Assembly: GCA_030265395.1 (NCBI GenBank)
Contig: JARFYF010000050.1
Location: 27,463,774 to 27,527,773, forward strand
Source: Rhina ancylostomus
Taxonomy: Eukaryota
Reading direction: 5' to 3'
DNA length: 64,000 nucleotides
Shown: positions 1-12,810 of the stretch, piece after piece
Layout: each line of letters starts with the position of its first letter
How positions within the stretch are numbered: position 1 is the first letter of the stretch
Made by a program: the position numbers and the translations under genes
Notes under the pieces: model-generated
Databases searched by the model: none
What the model was told of the DNA's origin: nothing
Seen by the model: only the letters and a program-made list of their open reading frames with translations

Positions 1-39
1 TCATTGTTTCAGATTCTTTTATGACTCAGTTCATAGCCA

Positions 40-365
40 ATAGTGTTGTTACCTCACAGCTGCAGGCACCCAGGTTCAACTCTGACCTCAGATGTGTCTG
101 TGTGCAGTTTGCATATTCTCACGTGACTGTATGGGCTTGTTCTGGGTGCTCTGGTTTTATCCCAAAGAAACAATGGTAGATTAACTGGCTACCTTAGAAT
201 GGTTGGTGGCAAAATAATTAAAATGGAAAGCTGGTGGGCATATAAGAGAAAATAAGACATAGGACCACCGGTGAACAATATGAGCAGAAATTGGACTTAT
301 GGTGCTGCTCTGCTTGGAGCCGGTATGGATTTGATGGGCTAAATGGCCTCCTTCTGTGTTGTATT
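40..365 (+). mobile_element. tRNA-derived V-SINE (HE1-like), degenerate
   Basis: B-box-like GGTTCAA, V-domain-like GTCTGTGTGCAGTTTGCATATTCTC...GGGTGCTCTGGTTT, and LINE-like tail GATGGGCTAAATGGCCTCCTTCTGTG. Confidence 0.7.
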
Positions 366-948
366 AAATATGTAACTATGGTACTGACTCTTCAGCAGTT
401 GAGCATTTCACACTGCAGTAAGGGGAATTCTAAGTCTGAAATAAACAAGTTCCACTGCACTTATTATGTACATTTGTAAAAGATCTTGTACCAGATTATG
501 CTAATAGTTAGCCTGAAGCCATACAGAGTCCCTCAGCTTTATGCCATCCATGAAGCTCGGCACCAATTCACTTGAAAAGGATCACTGATCTTCAGTAAAA
601 AGATAAATCATTCTAACTGTTTCTTCCCTTTAAGTTAAGATTAATACATATATCTAATTTGTGTAAAAAAAATTAAATGAATTTTAAGTGTTTCTAAACA
701 TCTCTGGTCTTCAGGGTGCTCTAGGGGCAGGGCCTCAGGTTCTGCTGTCTGATGCAAAATCCCTCGCCGTAGATCCCTCTGTTTCATGGGCAGCTGCATC
801 ACCAATGCCTCCAGGGCACTGGGAACCACGCAGTATAAATATGACTGTGGGATGAGCGTGGGAGCATGCAAGCCACTTTGAATCTGATTCTGGGCAATGT
901 ATTTAGTAACAGAGGATCCTGAGGAAGTGCATAAGCCTTAAAGTATTA

Positions 949-1056
<108 letters not shown>

Positions 1057-1874
1057 TCAATATCCAGCTTTATGAAAGAAAAATAAGATTTACACCAAAA
1101 ATGCACAGCAACTGCAATGACATTTTACAATAGGTTTTAAAGAGATTTGCAGTAAAAATTACTTTTACCGCAAACTATTGCCATAAGTTGGAGGATGGAA
1201 AAATGGAAACAAGAATATCAAGGGCACTGCCTTCTTGAAGCATGCTGAGCAGTCTCAATGTAAAGCACTACACACAATAACAAAAGAAGCAGCTCAAATT
1301 CTGAATAACAAAATATTGTGCATTTTTCTTCTTCCACAGGAAATATAGCATTTTCAGATAATTAGGGAGGAAGAATACTCAGAGGAAGGAAGGAAAATAA
1401 AAGAATACAGGAGAATGAGAGATAATTATTCTGTGTAGATGTTGAAGGGATGGCAAACAAAAAATGATTTATGGACACCATGTGAACATTAAAAAATGAG
1501 TCCAAGCTATTTCATTTGACCAGTGATCAAATTCAAATACTGCATACTTCATTCACACTTCCCTCAACTGTTTTGAAATGCAACAGCAGTGGACATTCTG
1601 AAATAAAAACAGCAAACTCGAAAATCATACCAAAATTGTGTAATGAGTTATTTGATTCTAACGTCTACAAAGCCATTCATTACTTCATATACAAAGCCAT
1701 TCACTACTTCATACTGCACCTCCTCCAGACACATTTTGCTCTTTCAGTTTTTTGCCTTGCACTATCACCTCTTTTCGTTATTCTGCCTTCCACTTTATCA
1801 TGCACCTTCCTTTTGTTCTCTTCTCCCTCCCCATATTTTCTTTGCATTATAAACCCTACTTGTCTTTAATGTTT

Positions 1875-2010
1875 CACAGTATTAATGAAAGTTCATCAAC
1901 TTGAGATGCTATTTCGATTTCTCTCTCAATAGGTGCTGCATGGCTTGCTATGCGATTTCAGTATTTTCTGCTTTTATTTCAGATTTCCAACATCCCATTG
2001 TATGTTGTTT
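1875..2010 (+). repeat. Old Penelope-type terminal repeat fragment
   Basis: Decayed ...GTATTTTCTGCTTTTATTTCAGATTTCCAACATC, similar to copies at 24560-24685, 50180-50310 and 53945-54160. Confidence 0.45.
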
Positions 2011-3322
2011 TTTGTGTTACTTCTTCGGGTTTTGTTCAATATGAAGTGAAATGAGCTTCAACTTCTTTTTGGTTAGGTTTGAGCAGCTAGGAAACTACAT
2101 AGTGCATATATTTCTAAATATTTATTGATGAAGTACTTTTAAAAAGTTATACTAACAAAACAAAAACCCAACCCAGAGTTCCATCTATTCTAGCAGAATA
2201 ATACTCCTATTCAAAGAAGAAAGATTGAACAGGTTAAAATAATGACTTAGAATAACTTCAAATGAGACAAATGAAACTGGCTTAGAATTTAAATTATGGA
2301 TTTAGTTTTGTTTTAGCCATTTGAATGAAAACTGTATATAGTTTATCTGTAAACGAACATAATCTGCTGACTCTTCAAACTAAGTATGCAATTTAGAGTT
2401 TGATGAGTTTATTTTAAATCGAGATTCAAATTCAAGCCTGCCTTCCCCCGAATGTTTTATCAGATCCAAGCATGTAATGGGATACATTTAAGGTTTTAGC
2501 CACTTGTCAGCACTGTAGATACAAATATTGAATTATTTGGATTAATGCTGGCAATTCCTTACACAAAAGTACATAGGTTGAACCCCTTTATCCTTACTTT
2601 AATGCAACATTTTCAATCATTCAATGTCACAAGGTCTGACATATCTGCAGAATTCTAAGTCTGTCATTCTTTAAGGTTAGGGGAAAGATCGTTATCTTGT
2701 GTTACTGTTGAACTGTGGAGAACTATTAGCTGAGGCCACTGTCTATCTGAGCTGTTATTTCCCACAAAAAGGAACTCTACTTTCCTCAAAGTAATGCAAA
2801 GCGTTACAAGCCAACTGAGTAAACACTTAAAGGATTGGGTGGTGAAACTCTAACAACTGTGGCATAATGTTCTACAAAACTTACTCAAAACTAATTCTGG
2901 AAATTAATTCAAGATCAAACTGTAGGATTTTATACACTATGTTGTGAGGGAAGAAATCTACTAACTGGACAGAATTGAGAACATATATTGCTGGATCATG
3001 AGTATGGCCTTTTTTTGCACCAATTATGAAAAGAATGGCTCTAGATGAGGGTCTGGCAATAAGGGATTTGCATACTGTAACCTTGCACTTTCTTCACATT
3101 TCCAGCCTATAGGCCAAGCACACCAGGGCCAGAGGAAAAAGAGATAAAAGGAGTTTATGTTTTTGTCCTCTGCTTTTCTGTTTGTGCTCCAAAATTGTTT
3201 GAGATGTTATTTGATAAACCATTATGTATAATGGGATCAAAGTTTGTCATAAATATGTCACATACCTTGAAATATTTATCAGTTGCCAACAATATTTTAA
3301 GCAATGAGCAAAATAACTGTAC

Positions 3323-3352
3323 CTGTCTTCCAACGTTCTCTTGGAAAGCAGC
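3323..3352 (-). CDS. TBCD: TBCD internal coding exon (30 nt): AAFQENVGRQ
   Basis: cttcAG acceptor (3353-3354), GTACAG donor. AAFQENVGRQ follows CRRAAS in TBCD; phase 0 on both sides. Confidence 0.95.
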
Positions 3353-4191
3353 CTGAAGCAAAAATAGTATTAGAAAAAGATGTACAGTATATTGCAATGT
3401 TTTAAAGAAGTTATAATAAAACTTGCATAATTCAAGAGTCCTACAGCTTCAAAACTAACAGAATTATGTATATTGTAAATAACAATCGAAGGTCTATAAA
3501 GTTTAACAATCTGCTTAGTCAACTAGATCAAATTACAGCAACAGAGATATCCAATGATAAAATTCTGCCCCTACAAAGAGAACATGCAATGAACTTCAAA
3601 GTTAATCATTGAAGCCGAGACTTTCCTCACCTGTACTTTCTGATTCGATGGAAAGGAAATGAAGGAGAACTTATAATGTCACGTTGGGTAGATGAGATTG
3701 CAAGAAATTTTCAATGCTATCCATGGATACACACATCTGCAATGATGCAAATACCTCATTCCCTTGATTCATTGTCCCCGGTATTTGGGCCAGATAAGGA
3801 AAACCAATTGAGCTGACGCTCCAAGCCACGAAGGAGTTCAGTGAGGTGAACAAGGCCTTTGAAGCATTTAGACAGGCACATGAACATGCAGGGAATGGAG
3901 GGATATTGACCACGTGCAGGCAAATGGCATTAGTTTGGATTGGCATCATGGGCTAAGGGGCCTGTTGCATAATTCTATGCTCTATTAGGACTTAGTTGCA
4001 GGAACATCTAAATGCCAGTGATTCACTTTGGAACCACCAACAATAGACAATTCTGTCCAGTAAAACAAAACTATAATAAAATAACATTTTTTAAAACATC
4101 ATTTAGCTTCTCCATTCCAACAATCGACAACCTCCACTGTAATGTATAGGGTCTTATCCTATGCCAGGTTTGAGCAGCAAGACGGGGCCCC

Positions 4192-4259
4192 GATGGAAAT
4201 ACAAGAGAGACTACAGATCCTGGCAATCTGGAGCAACACACGGAATGCTGGAGGAACTC
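4192..4259. repeat. Short Penelope-type terminal-repeat insertion with 12-bp TSD
   Basis: GACTACAGATCCTGGCAATCTGGAGCAACACACGGAATGCTGGAGGAACTC flanked by AGACGGGGCCCC (4180-4191) and AGACAGGGCCCC (4260-4271). Confidence 0.6.
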
Positions 4260-5924
4260 AGACAGGGCCCCATCTTTGCACCCTGTGCGGCCGCATTTGT
4301 CACTCAGTGAGTCCCAAACCTGTAGTAGATTGTATACATGTGAATGTAGTCAGTTCTTTGGAACTACTGGTTACAGCCAGCACAATTCAGTGATATAACC
4401 TATAGATCCTTTTATTTCTGGAGAAAGTATGGAATGAACTGGGAAGTGAAGATGACTCATGCTCCATTCTTGGGAGATAAATAGTGCAAAAGATGGATGA
4501 AATATCAGGAACAACTGCCCCCTGATATTTCCAGGTACTTGGAGTCAAAATCCTGTACTAACCAGGAATCCACATAAGGATGACAGCAGTGAAACTGAGA
4601 GATTCAATCCAGCCAGTAAATTTCAAGGGCCTACAGCACAATGCATAATGATATTTATGTACAGACATTAATGTACAAATACCTATATGGGTTTTCAACT
4701 AATTATTTACAATTTGCATAGGTACAACATTTGGCTGACTCATGTATTCCAAGAATCACTATAGCAACCTTGGCACTCAGATAAAATAAACATGGATTAG
4801 AAAAGAGTTTCAATAAGGTGGAGTTGAAACTGCACCAGGCATGGTGGATTAACTGGATAAATTCGACTGACAATATCATACCAGAAATAAAAAAGTACAG
4901 AATAAAACCCACGTTTTGCTGAACTTTTATTTAATTTGAAAAATAAGACTAATTTCATGTATAAATATGAAATGCAGACTTATTGTTTCCCATCTAAGAC
5001 TACATTCTTCATTTCTGTTTTTATAAGGGGACCTTAGAATGTCAAAAAAAGTAAACCATTTTCACTGAAGACAGAGATGGTTCAGAATCTCTGCACTGAA
5101 TGTAGTTCTGAATAGAAACCACCTAGTATTTTCCACTGTGATTCAGCTTTCAGTGATTTCAAAGCATTCAAGTGCACCAGAGCAAATTAGTAACCACCCT
5201 ATAATTTGGGGCAATGAATTCTCTGTAAGGAGAAAACATGCTCAATTTTGAAAGTAGTTTTGTCTTGTTTGTAAAATTAAAGTATTCAGTATCATATTGC
5301 CACAATATTTTCAATTATGTTGCAAATTATGTTTGGCTTCGACAGCTAATTTATAAGTTGGAGCACAAGTCCAGGGTTCGAATTGTTGCTGGTACTTGTA
5401 ACTCATGATCCCTGGGCAAACACAACAAGGTCAAATGGCCACATGTACAAAGGTCTTCTATGAAAGATGAGACCTTGAGAACAATGGAGGGATGAGGTCT
5501 ACCCAGGCATCCATTTTCCTCCAGTCTTTCATTTGTTATTGATTTCTCCTATTACCTTCCTTCTGAACCACCTCAACTGCTTGAAAAGCACCTCCCCATC
5601 TCTTTGGCAATCCCAAAACCCTCATCATCTGCCCCATCCTTTAGTGATCCTCTCTCAGAACTCCACCCCTGCATTCCTCTCCTCAGTTAATTTCCCAGTC
5701 AATCTCTACAAAACAGAGAGACAATTAAAGGTGCTACTCTATCACATCAGAGAATTTCCTTCAGTGGGCCAAGGCAAGGTAGAACTCTCTTCATGGGTGC
5801 AACACAAGTTTATACCATTTTCAATATAAAACAAAACATGACAGAGATCACAATTATTCTTCATAGCTAGCAGACAGCATCACTAATCTCAACCACAGTG
5901 AAAGGACTTGAACTGAATACTTAC

Positions 5925-5982
5925 TGAGGCAGCTCTTCGACAATTAACATTCCGATCAAATACTGCCGTTATTACCAAAGAA
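5925..5982 (-). CDS. TBCD: TBCD internal coding exon (58 nt): (S)SLVITAVFDRNVNCRRAAS
   Basis: tttttAG acceptor (5983-5984), GTAAGT donor. Matches TBCD LVIxAVFDRxxNCRRAAS; frame continues from the 157-nt exon. Confidence 0.96.
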
Positions 5983-7871
5983 CTAAAAATGAAATGTAGA
6001 AAAAAATACTCAGATGTCTTTCACACTGAACAGACTATATTTCCTAAAATTAAGAAACAATATTTTCCAGGAATCACACTTTCAGAGAGACCTCTTTGAA
6101 TGTTTGGAAAATAAAGTGTAATTCTTTGCAAACATAAACAAAATTAGATGGAAACAACAAATACATTTTGGTAACAATTCCAACTAATCAGATGGATTTA
6201 TAGCTTAGTGTACAAAATTTAAGCTGATTCTAAGACTTTTGATCCCATTTTTGAATAAATTCACAATACTGACCTAGCCATAATCTTAAGTCAAACTGCT
6301 GGTATAAATTTCATACATTCTCCCAAAATCAGTCTAGCTTGCAATATTTTTGTTTGCTTCTTTTATGCTGACACAGCCAATGCAAATATTTGCACATTTC
6401 TAGAAAATCCCAACAATTAACTTGTTTAATAGAACAGAATACAAAGGTGTATAGAACATGTGGCAAGCATGACCTAGAAATTTTTACTACACTTTAATGG
6501 CATTGAAACTGAATTTTTAAAAAGTCTATCTTTAAAAACTCCATAACTATCCCAATCTTCAGCTGTGAAGTCCCCAGAAAAGCACTGTCAGGTCTCCCTG
6601 AATAGCACAATGCTGTTCAGTTTCAGCACAGCCTCCTTTACTAATCTGCAAGATCTCGCAGCTTCCAGCATGTAGCTTTATAATTGCAACTTTAGCACTA
6701 AACCCTTGAAGGGACATCACACGATACAAACAGCATTCTCCCAGCTCCTGGAATGTGCTGCTACATAAAGAATAAATGCTGCAAAGATGGGCAGATGAGA
6801 GACAGTGCTCTCAGCAGGTTCAAGAACTTAGACAAATTGGTGAAGAATATTTTAAGGGGCAAGAGGCCACAGAATTCCTTCAACACTATAGGCAGCTCTC
6901 CTGACTGAAGGTTTCCAGGCAGGTTTCTGTAAGGAGTATTACTACACAAGTGCAGTCTATGAATGCATACAGTGTTCGCAAATTCCTTGCTTGCTCTGCT
7001 TGCTTTCTCCACTGAAAAAAGTAGACGCAGCCTTCTCTCAGTGAGAATGGAATTTGTGTGACCTCCTTAATTTAGCTTGGAGAAGCACATTGTGAGATGT
7101 GTCAAAAATCAGCAACAGCAGCCTGCAATAATTCTGAAGCTAAGAAGGCAACAGTGAGTGGGATCCTAAACCTCCAGAGCAAAGCAGTCCAGGCCATACG
7201 TGTGAAGTTGGATGGGAGGTCACAGAAGGTCAGAGACCTCAGCAAGGACAAAGAATGCAGTTTGAATATTGGTCTTTTAAATAGCAGATGATGGGGAAAC
7301 AGGGATAGTAAATGTTTTTTTATTCAGTGAGTTAATAAGAACTGTCATTTTTCAGATCAGTGGGGTTAAACATTGTGCTGGAGATGATTCTCTGGCATTC
7401 TATTATTTTTGACATCAATTGGAGAACGTTACTCTCTAAATTCCGACTGGTCTAAATTACAAAAGTCTCATCAGGTTTCCCATGAAATACCAAGAGATGC
7501 AGAAAGGGGGCAACTTTGTTTTATTGTGATTAACTGTATTGTTCTATTCTTCCCCCCCCCCCCCACCACCCACCCCCCAATGCTCAGCAGTGGAACTTCT
7601 AAGCCCACGTCTTCAGAGTTAAGTACAAAATCCACAATGGAAGTGGTTAGAAAACTGTTGCAGTTATAAATGACTGAGAGTGATGTGCAGATTATCAAAT
7701 ATCAATATTAATACCATATTGCTTATTCTTTTAATTTTCCCCATAAAGTTACAGTAATCCATGCCAATTTTCCAAGATAATTTGAGATGCAAAACTTTTA
7801 AAATGTATATTCTATTAATAACTTAGTTTTAAGAGCTTTACAAAATAGCAAAGTTATTAAAATTTAAAAGA

Positions 7872-8070
7872 AGACACAAAAGACTGCAGATGCTGGAATC
7901 CAGAGCAAAACAAAATCTGGAGGAACTCAGTAGGTTGAGCTACATCTTAAAGGAGGAAGGAATTGTCAGAACGATCCTGATGCAGGGTTTCAGCCCAAAA
8001 CTTCGACAATTCCTTACCCCCCCTAAAATGCTGGTCATCCCACCGAGTTCCTCCAGCAGATGGTTTATTG
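7872..8070. mobile_element. Fold-back (inverted-repeat) Penelope-type short element with decayed hammerhead motif
   Basis: Inverted pairs CTGGAGGAACTC (7917-7928)/GAGTTCCTCCAG (8045-8056) and AAGGAATTGTC (7957-7967)/GACAATTCCTT (8005-8015). The loop contains CTGATGCAGGGTTTCAGCCCAAAAC. Confidence 0.65.
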
Positions 8071-9119
8071 TAGAAAGCTTGAAACTCTGTCACAGGCTTT
8101 ATTGCCAAATTGGTTGACTTGGAGGCAGCCTACTGTATTTGTCCACTTATAATGGCATTGATAACAATGAGTAGGTTGCAGCTACTGTCTCCACTTCACA
8201 CAGCAGCTCTTTTTTTCAAGCAAGACCTAGGCATGAGTTGAATTCATTATAAAGATGGTATTATGAAGCACATAAACTGTGTTTGGAGCAGTTGGCATTC
8301 TACAGCAATTTTAGCTCCTTATTAATTAATACTATAAATATCAGTTATTGTCTCATTATTTTGTATATTGAAAAACAGGTAATTTTCATAAGCATATTGA
8401 AAATTCAACATACAGATTTAGCTATTTATTTTTTACTTCTTCAAAAAGAATTAAATGCAAATAAGTCCACTATAAAGGACTATACCATAGAGCTTGTATT
8501 GATACTGGTTCTCATTTACTCTTCACAAAGAAGTAGAACACCAATAAAATAAAGAAATAATAAACAATCATTTCTCTGGGGAAAAGAACATTAGGAAAAG
8601 CATCACTCGAGCCAAAGTTAACTACTCACTAAAAGCTGTTTACAGGATAGTTTACTTCCTTTCCTCAACGCCACACAGAATTATGCCATGTTATATCAGA
8701 TTTGTGACAATTCTCAAATGCATTACATCTCTTGAGCATGTCTGGGCACTCACCTCATTTAACTATGTGTTCCAGCTGATCTTTTGTGGATAAAGTGCAA
8801 CTGGCATTAGTCTACTTTGCCAGAAGGACATAATCATTAATCACCTCTTCTTCTGCACTAATTGATTCTTTTCTTTATTGTACCTTCCACCCACTAGTGG
8901 AGGAGCTCATAGACTTCTTCATCCAAGACTATGGCATTCCAACGAGCCTATGTCATGCTTCCTTTTCTCTTTGGCCAACAAGCTAAGCCTGCCAACCAGC
9001 ATGTGTCTGCATCGTGCCTGAACCTAGACTTGCATTCACTCCCAAGCTTCACATCCTTTTCAATTTTATTTCAACCATAAGACCCTCAACATTCCCCCCC
9101 CCTTCATTTCATATCTCCT

Positions 9120-9470
9120 GAAGGTCACACACTGCAAACTTGAGGACCAAACACAAGTTGACATTCCAGTGAAGTTTCGTGCTGCTTCTCATGCAAAGTC
9201 TTTAACCATTCCACACTGCCTTAAAGGATGAATGTAAAAGATCCTGTGGCACTATTTTGAAGAGTATTAGAATGCTCCATGGCATCCTGGTCAAACAACA
9301 TCACTTAGAAACAGATTATCTTCTCCTTACCACATCACTGCTTGTCACGTTCCCCACCATCCCACTTTGTAACAAACTACATTCAAAAAGGTTTTCATTG
9401 GTTGTAAAAACATTTTTGAATAATGATAAATTGTGAAAGGCACTACATAAATGAAAACCTTTCTTCGTTT
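9120..9470 (+). mobile_element. Deu-SINE (SacSINE1-like)
   Basis: Deu-domain-like GTAAAAGATCCTGTGGCACTATTTTGAAGAG...CAACATCACT...ACAGATTATCT and tail TGTGAAAGGCACTACATAAATG. Confidence 0.65.
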
Positions 9471-11199
9471 TCAACTTCCAGTCACCCAGTTTCCCTTTCT
9501 CATGAGTTACCATGGTAAATGACTGTCCTCACCAAACCCCACCTTCTGACACCACTTCCAGTAGCGTCCCTTTTTCTTTCAAATCTATCTTCAACACTTC
9601 TCTCCCTTAAAATGTTTTAGCTCATTGCCCTTGCAATACATTGCTGAGTTATTCCTTCCATTAAGAAATAAAATGATCTCCAACACAGCCCAAAATGCTT
9701 AATGTTACACTGAACAATCTTTTTTTAAGCTTGCTACTATGTCAAATATGATTTTAACTGAGGTTTGGAGTTTTGGAGAAAAACTCGGTAGTTTGGTGAT
9801 ACAGTAACATGTCTCAACTTATCATTATACCTGCTGTACCTGTTCAGCCACGAGTGCAATTAAACACAATAGTTGAATTCTTTTTGCATTTTTGAAGTAT
9901 CAAGTATAGCTTTGTATTTCTGCTTACATTTGAATGCCTAGTAACTGAAAATGTGCACGAAAAAAGAACAAGGTAAACAAGTGTTTATCTGGGTATATAT
10001 CTAAAATTAAATTTTTTGGCCTGGCTAATGAATTGGAATTTGAACATTCCACACCTAAGTGTCAAAAGTTCAACCATAGACTCAATTGACAAGGAAACAC
10101 CTGCTTCCATTCAACTAGTTTTGCAAGTTGCTGGCCAGGGCGGGTAACTGGCAAAATAATGAAAATTTATTGCAGCAATACAAAAAGTGGGCAGAATTTT
10201 GTTGCAGTGAGTATCTGAGTGGTACTTGAAAATGTTGGTGTTTAATTTTTTTTGTGTTGTAAGTTGATGAAAATGCAAGGTAATAATGGTGCACTGAAGG
10301 ATAATGGATATCTGAGGCTTTAATGAGCAGGGTAAGTAATTTCAATTGCCTTGATCAGATGTGACAAAAATAAACTGAGTCAAAACTAAGAAAGAAGATA
10401 CGTTATTGCAAAATTTTGATCTCCAGTTAAGTACATAAACTGAAAAAGGACAAAAGATTTGGATTGTTTAAAATCACAATGTATTGGAAAGGAAACAAAA
10501 TATAAATTTGGTCATTTTAATAACTAATAATAATTCAAATATGAACCTTATGTTGTGATTAATATTCACTCTAGGGAGGTTAGTTAGGAGTATTTAAAAC
10601 TCATCACACTGGTTAAAGATTACAAAGCCTTGAAATAATGATTTAACTTCCTTTGGCGTTTAGTTTTTATCTATGATACAATCACAACATAACACATTTC
10701 AATGGCTAATCAATCCACAAGGTTTTATTTTCACAAAGCAACTGGAATATCTGTGTATCTGCCTTCACTTGTAATTGCTGCATGGAGGGAAAGGTGATAA
10801 CAGTATGATAAATCACACTGTGCAACACAAAAATAGCAATGATCAGCAGAAACCACAGTCCTCAGCTTAAATAAGGCGAATTACAAGTATAATGGCTAAG
10901 GCAAATCGGGTGATTAAAAAGTTTGCCCCAAGTTAAACAACAGCAAACATTTAAAAAAATAATTCAGTATTCTTAATGAGTATATATTCCATTGAGAAAT
11001 GAAAATTCACAAGAAAAGTGACCCAAAGAAGTTTAAAGAAAGCACTACATTAAAGCCTTAAAATATTGTCAAAAGTAGTAAGCCTGAACACGAGGGAATT
11101 TTAGAAAGCAGTAGCAAATGATCACAGAATTGATAAAGAAGATAAAATTATGAGAGAAAATTAGTGCAAAATATCAAGGAAAGAGCTCCTACCAATATA

Positions 11200-11400
11200 T
11201 CCTCTTAGGCAATTCCTCATGTTTGAAAATGATTAGCTTCCACTCTAGTTCTGATGAGACCAATGTGAGAACCACAGTCACTGCCACAGGTCCCTGATAG
11301 GAGAGTCAGATAGGTAGATTGAGTGGCCTTCTACACTTATGTAGGACTTCTATGTGCTCCCAGTGTATCAATTCAAGTGACATCTTGAATGTTCCTTTCG
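11200..11400 (-). mobile_element. RTE-clade LINE 3' end fragment
   Basis: Reverse complement resembles the RTE tail at 25285-25330 (GAAGCAAGTCATCCTCAATCCCAAGGGACTGC). Confidence 0.5.
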
Positions 11401-11419
11401 TATGTAGGGAAGTATAAAC

Positions 11420-12210
11420 ATAGGAAAGCTCTGATGTAACTTTACAGGATGCCGATGAGACAACACAAGGAATACTGCGCGCTATTTAGGTCTGCATATT
11501 TAAGAATGGATACACTTGCATCACTTGCATGGAAATATTAATGGGTTGATGCTTTGGATGAAAGGGTTGAGCTAATGGTCACTGAAGTATGGAAAAGTGA
11601 GAGATGATCTTATTGACCCAAATAAGATTCTTAGGGGGACAGATGGGGTATTTAGAACAAGGGACCATAGTTACAGAATAAGACATTGTTCACTTAAGAT
11701 GGAATCAAGTACGAATTTCTTCTTTCAGAGGATTGTGGCTCTTTGGAATGTTTTACTCCAGACATATATTTTTTAATTTAAAAAAAATTTATTTACAGCG
11801 TGGTAACAGGCCCTTCCGGCCCGACGAGTCCACGCCGCCCATGTTAAACCCATGTTAACCTACCCATATGTCTTTGGAATGTGGGAGGAAATTGGAAATT
11901 GGAGCATCGGAGGAAACCCACGCAGACACAGGAGAACGTACAAACTCCTTACAGACAGTGACAGGAATCGAACCCTGATCGTTGGCGCTGTAATAGCATC
12001 ACGCTAACTGCTTCGCTACCGTGCCGCCCCTAAAAGCCCTATGAAAGCAGAATCACTGAATATACTCAAGGTGGAGACTGACAGACATTTGAACTACAAA
12101 GGAGTTAAAGAAGGAGAGAAAGTGATGATGAGGCCAAGACTGTAATAGCCATGATATTATTAGATGGTGGAAGAGATGCATGGATCTTAATGGCCTATTC
12201 CTGCTCCCAT
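11420..12210 (+). mobile_element. CR1 LINE 3' fragment, interrupted by a V-SINE
   Basis: Decayed RPHLEYC/QFWSP-like and RGDLIE-like coding, CR1 3'UTR-like GGCCTATTCCTGCTCC; interrupted at about 11790-12030. Confidence 0.65.
11790..12030 (-). mobile_element. Young V-SINE (HE1-like), CpG-rich
   Basis: On the minus strand: GGGCGGCACGGTAGCG A-box region, GGTTCGATTCC B box, V-domain GAGTTTGTACGTTCTCCTGTGTCTGCGTGGGTTTCCTCC, and tail GGGCCGGAAGGGCCTGTTACCACGCTGTAAATAAA. Confidence 0.85.
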
Positions 12211-12299
12211 TTATAAAAATAAACTATACCCTGGTTCTGCAATTATATTATGAAAACAGTTGATAAGGCATTAGCTACAAACAACATTAATAATCCTTC

Positions 12300-12810
12300 A
12301 AGAGGTGCAAGCGCATTCTCCAACTTTGGAAATCAACGATAATTCCAAATGCTCAATTACTTTAATTCTGGTTTGGTTCCCAAGTGACTCTGGATGTGTT
12401 CAAATGCCTGAGCCCTTTTCAGGCATCAAAGAATGATCCGTTGAGTAATAATCTCATTTTAATTTTGACTTCTACGAGGATTAGAGTTGTAGATACCTCA
12501 GTTGATGAGCATACACATTGGAATCAGACTCAATGGATGGATTGTACCTTTCCTCTATTTACCATTCAGTGTTCTCTGGCTTCCATGCCAATGCAGTGAA
12601 ACACAGAAATTGAGATATGCTGAAAATCTAATCTCGAGCTCTGCAGTTGAACTCACTACTGCATGCCTAAAACGGCATTTTTCAAACTGTCAGCTGTAAA
12701 ATCTTCCAAGGAAACAATCTTGGTATTCAAAATCCAGAAAGATATATAGCTCAAAGCAATGTTGCAGATTTCCTTACTCTGCAGACATGCAGTCTTGCCT
12801 TCCAGCCAGT
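12300..12810 (+). mobile_element. Decayed PIF/Harbinger (HARBI1-like) DDE transposase fragment
   Basis: Pieces in order: FGNQR*FQMLNY, FQASKND, NGWIV..LP..LWLP.Q.SETQKLRY.E...SAVELT..CLKRHF, QNPERY..VA...L. These resemble HARBI1 YVNRKGLHSLN / WPGS.QD / WLLGD..FL..WLMTP..PET..EYRYN..H..VIE.TF..L.SRF / QYSPEK. Stops and frameshifts present. Confidence 0.5.

Noticed and set aside
11995-12030. tRNA gene
   Set aside because: The A/B boxes belong to a SINE head that is followed by a V-domain and LINE-like tail; there is no full cloverleaf.
12783-12800. AGACATGCAGTCTTGCCT as a p53/p63 site
   Set aside because: The CWWG cores are 4 nt apart rather than 6.
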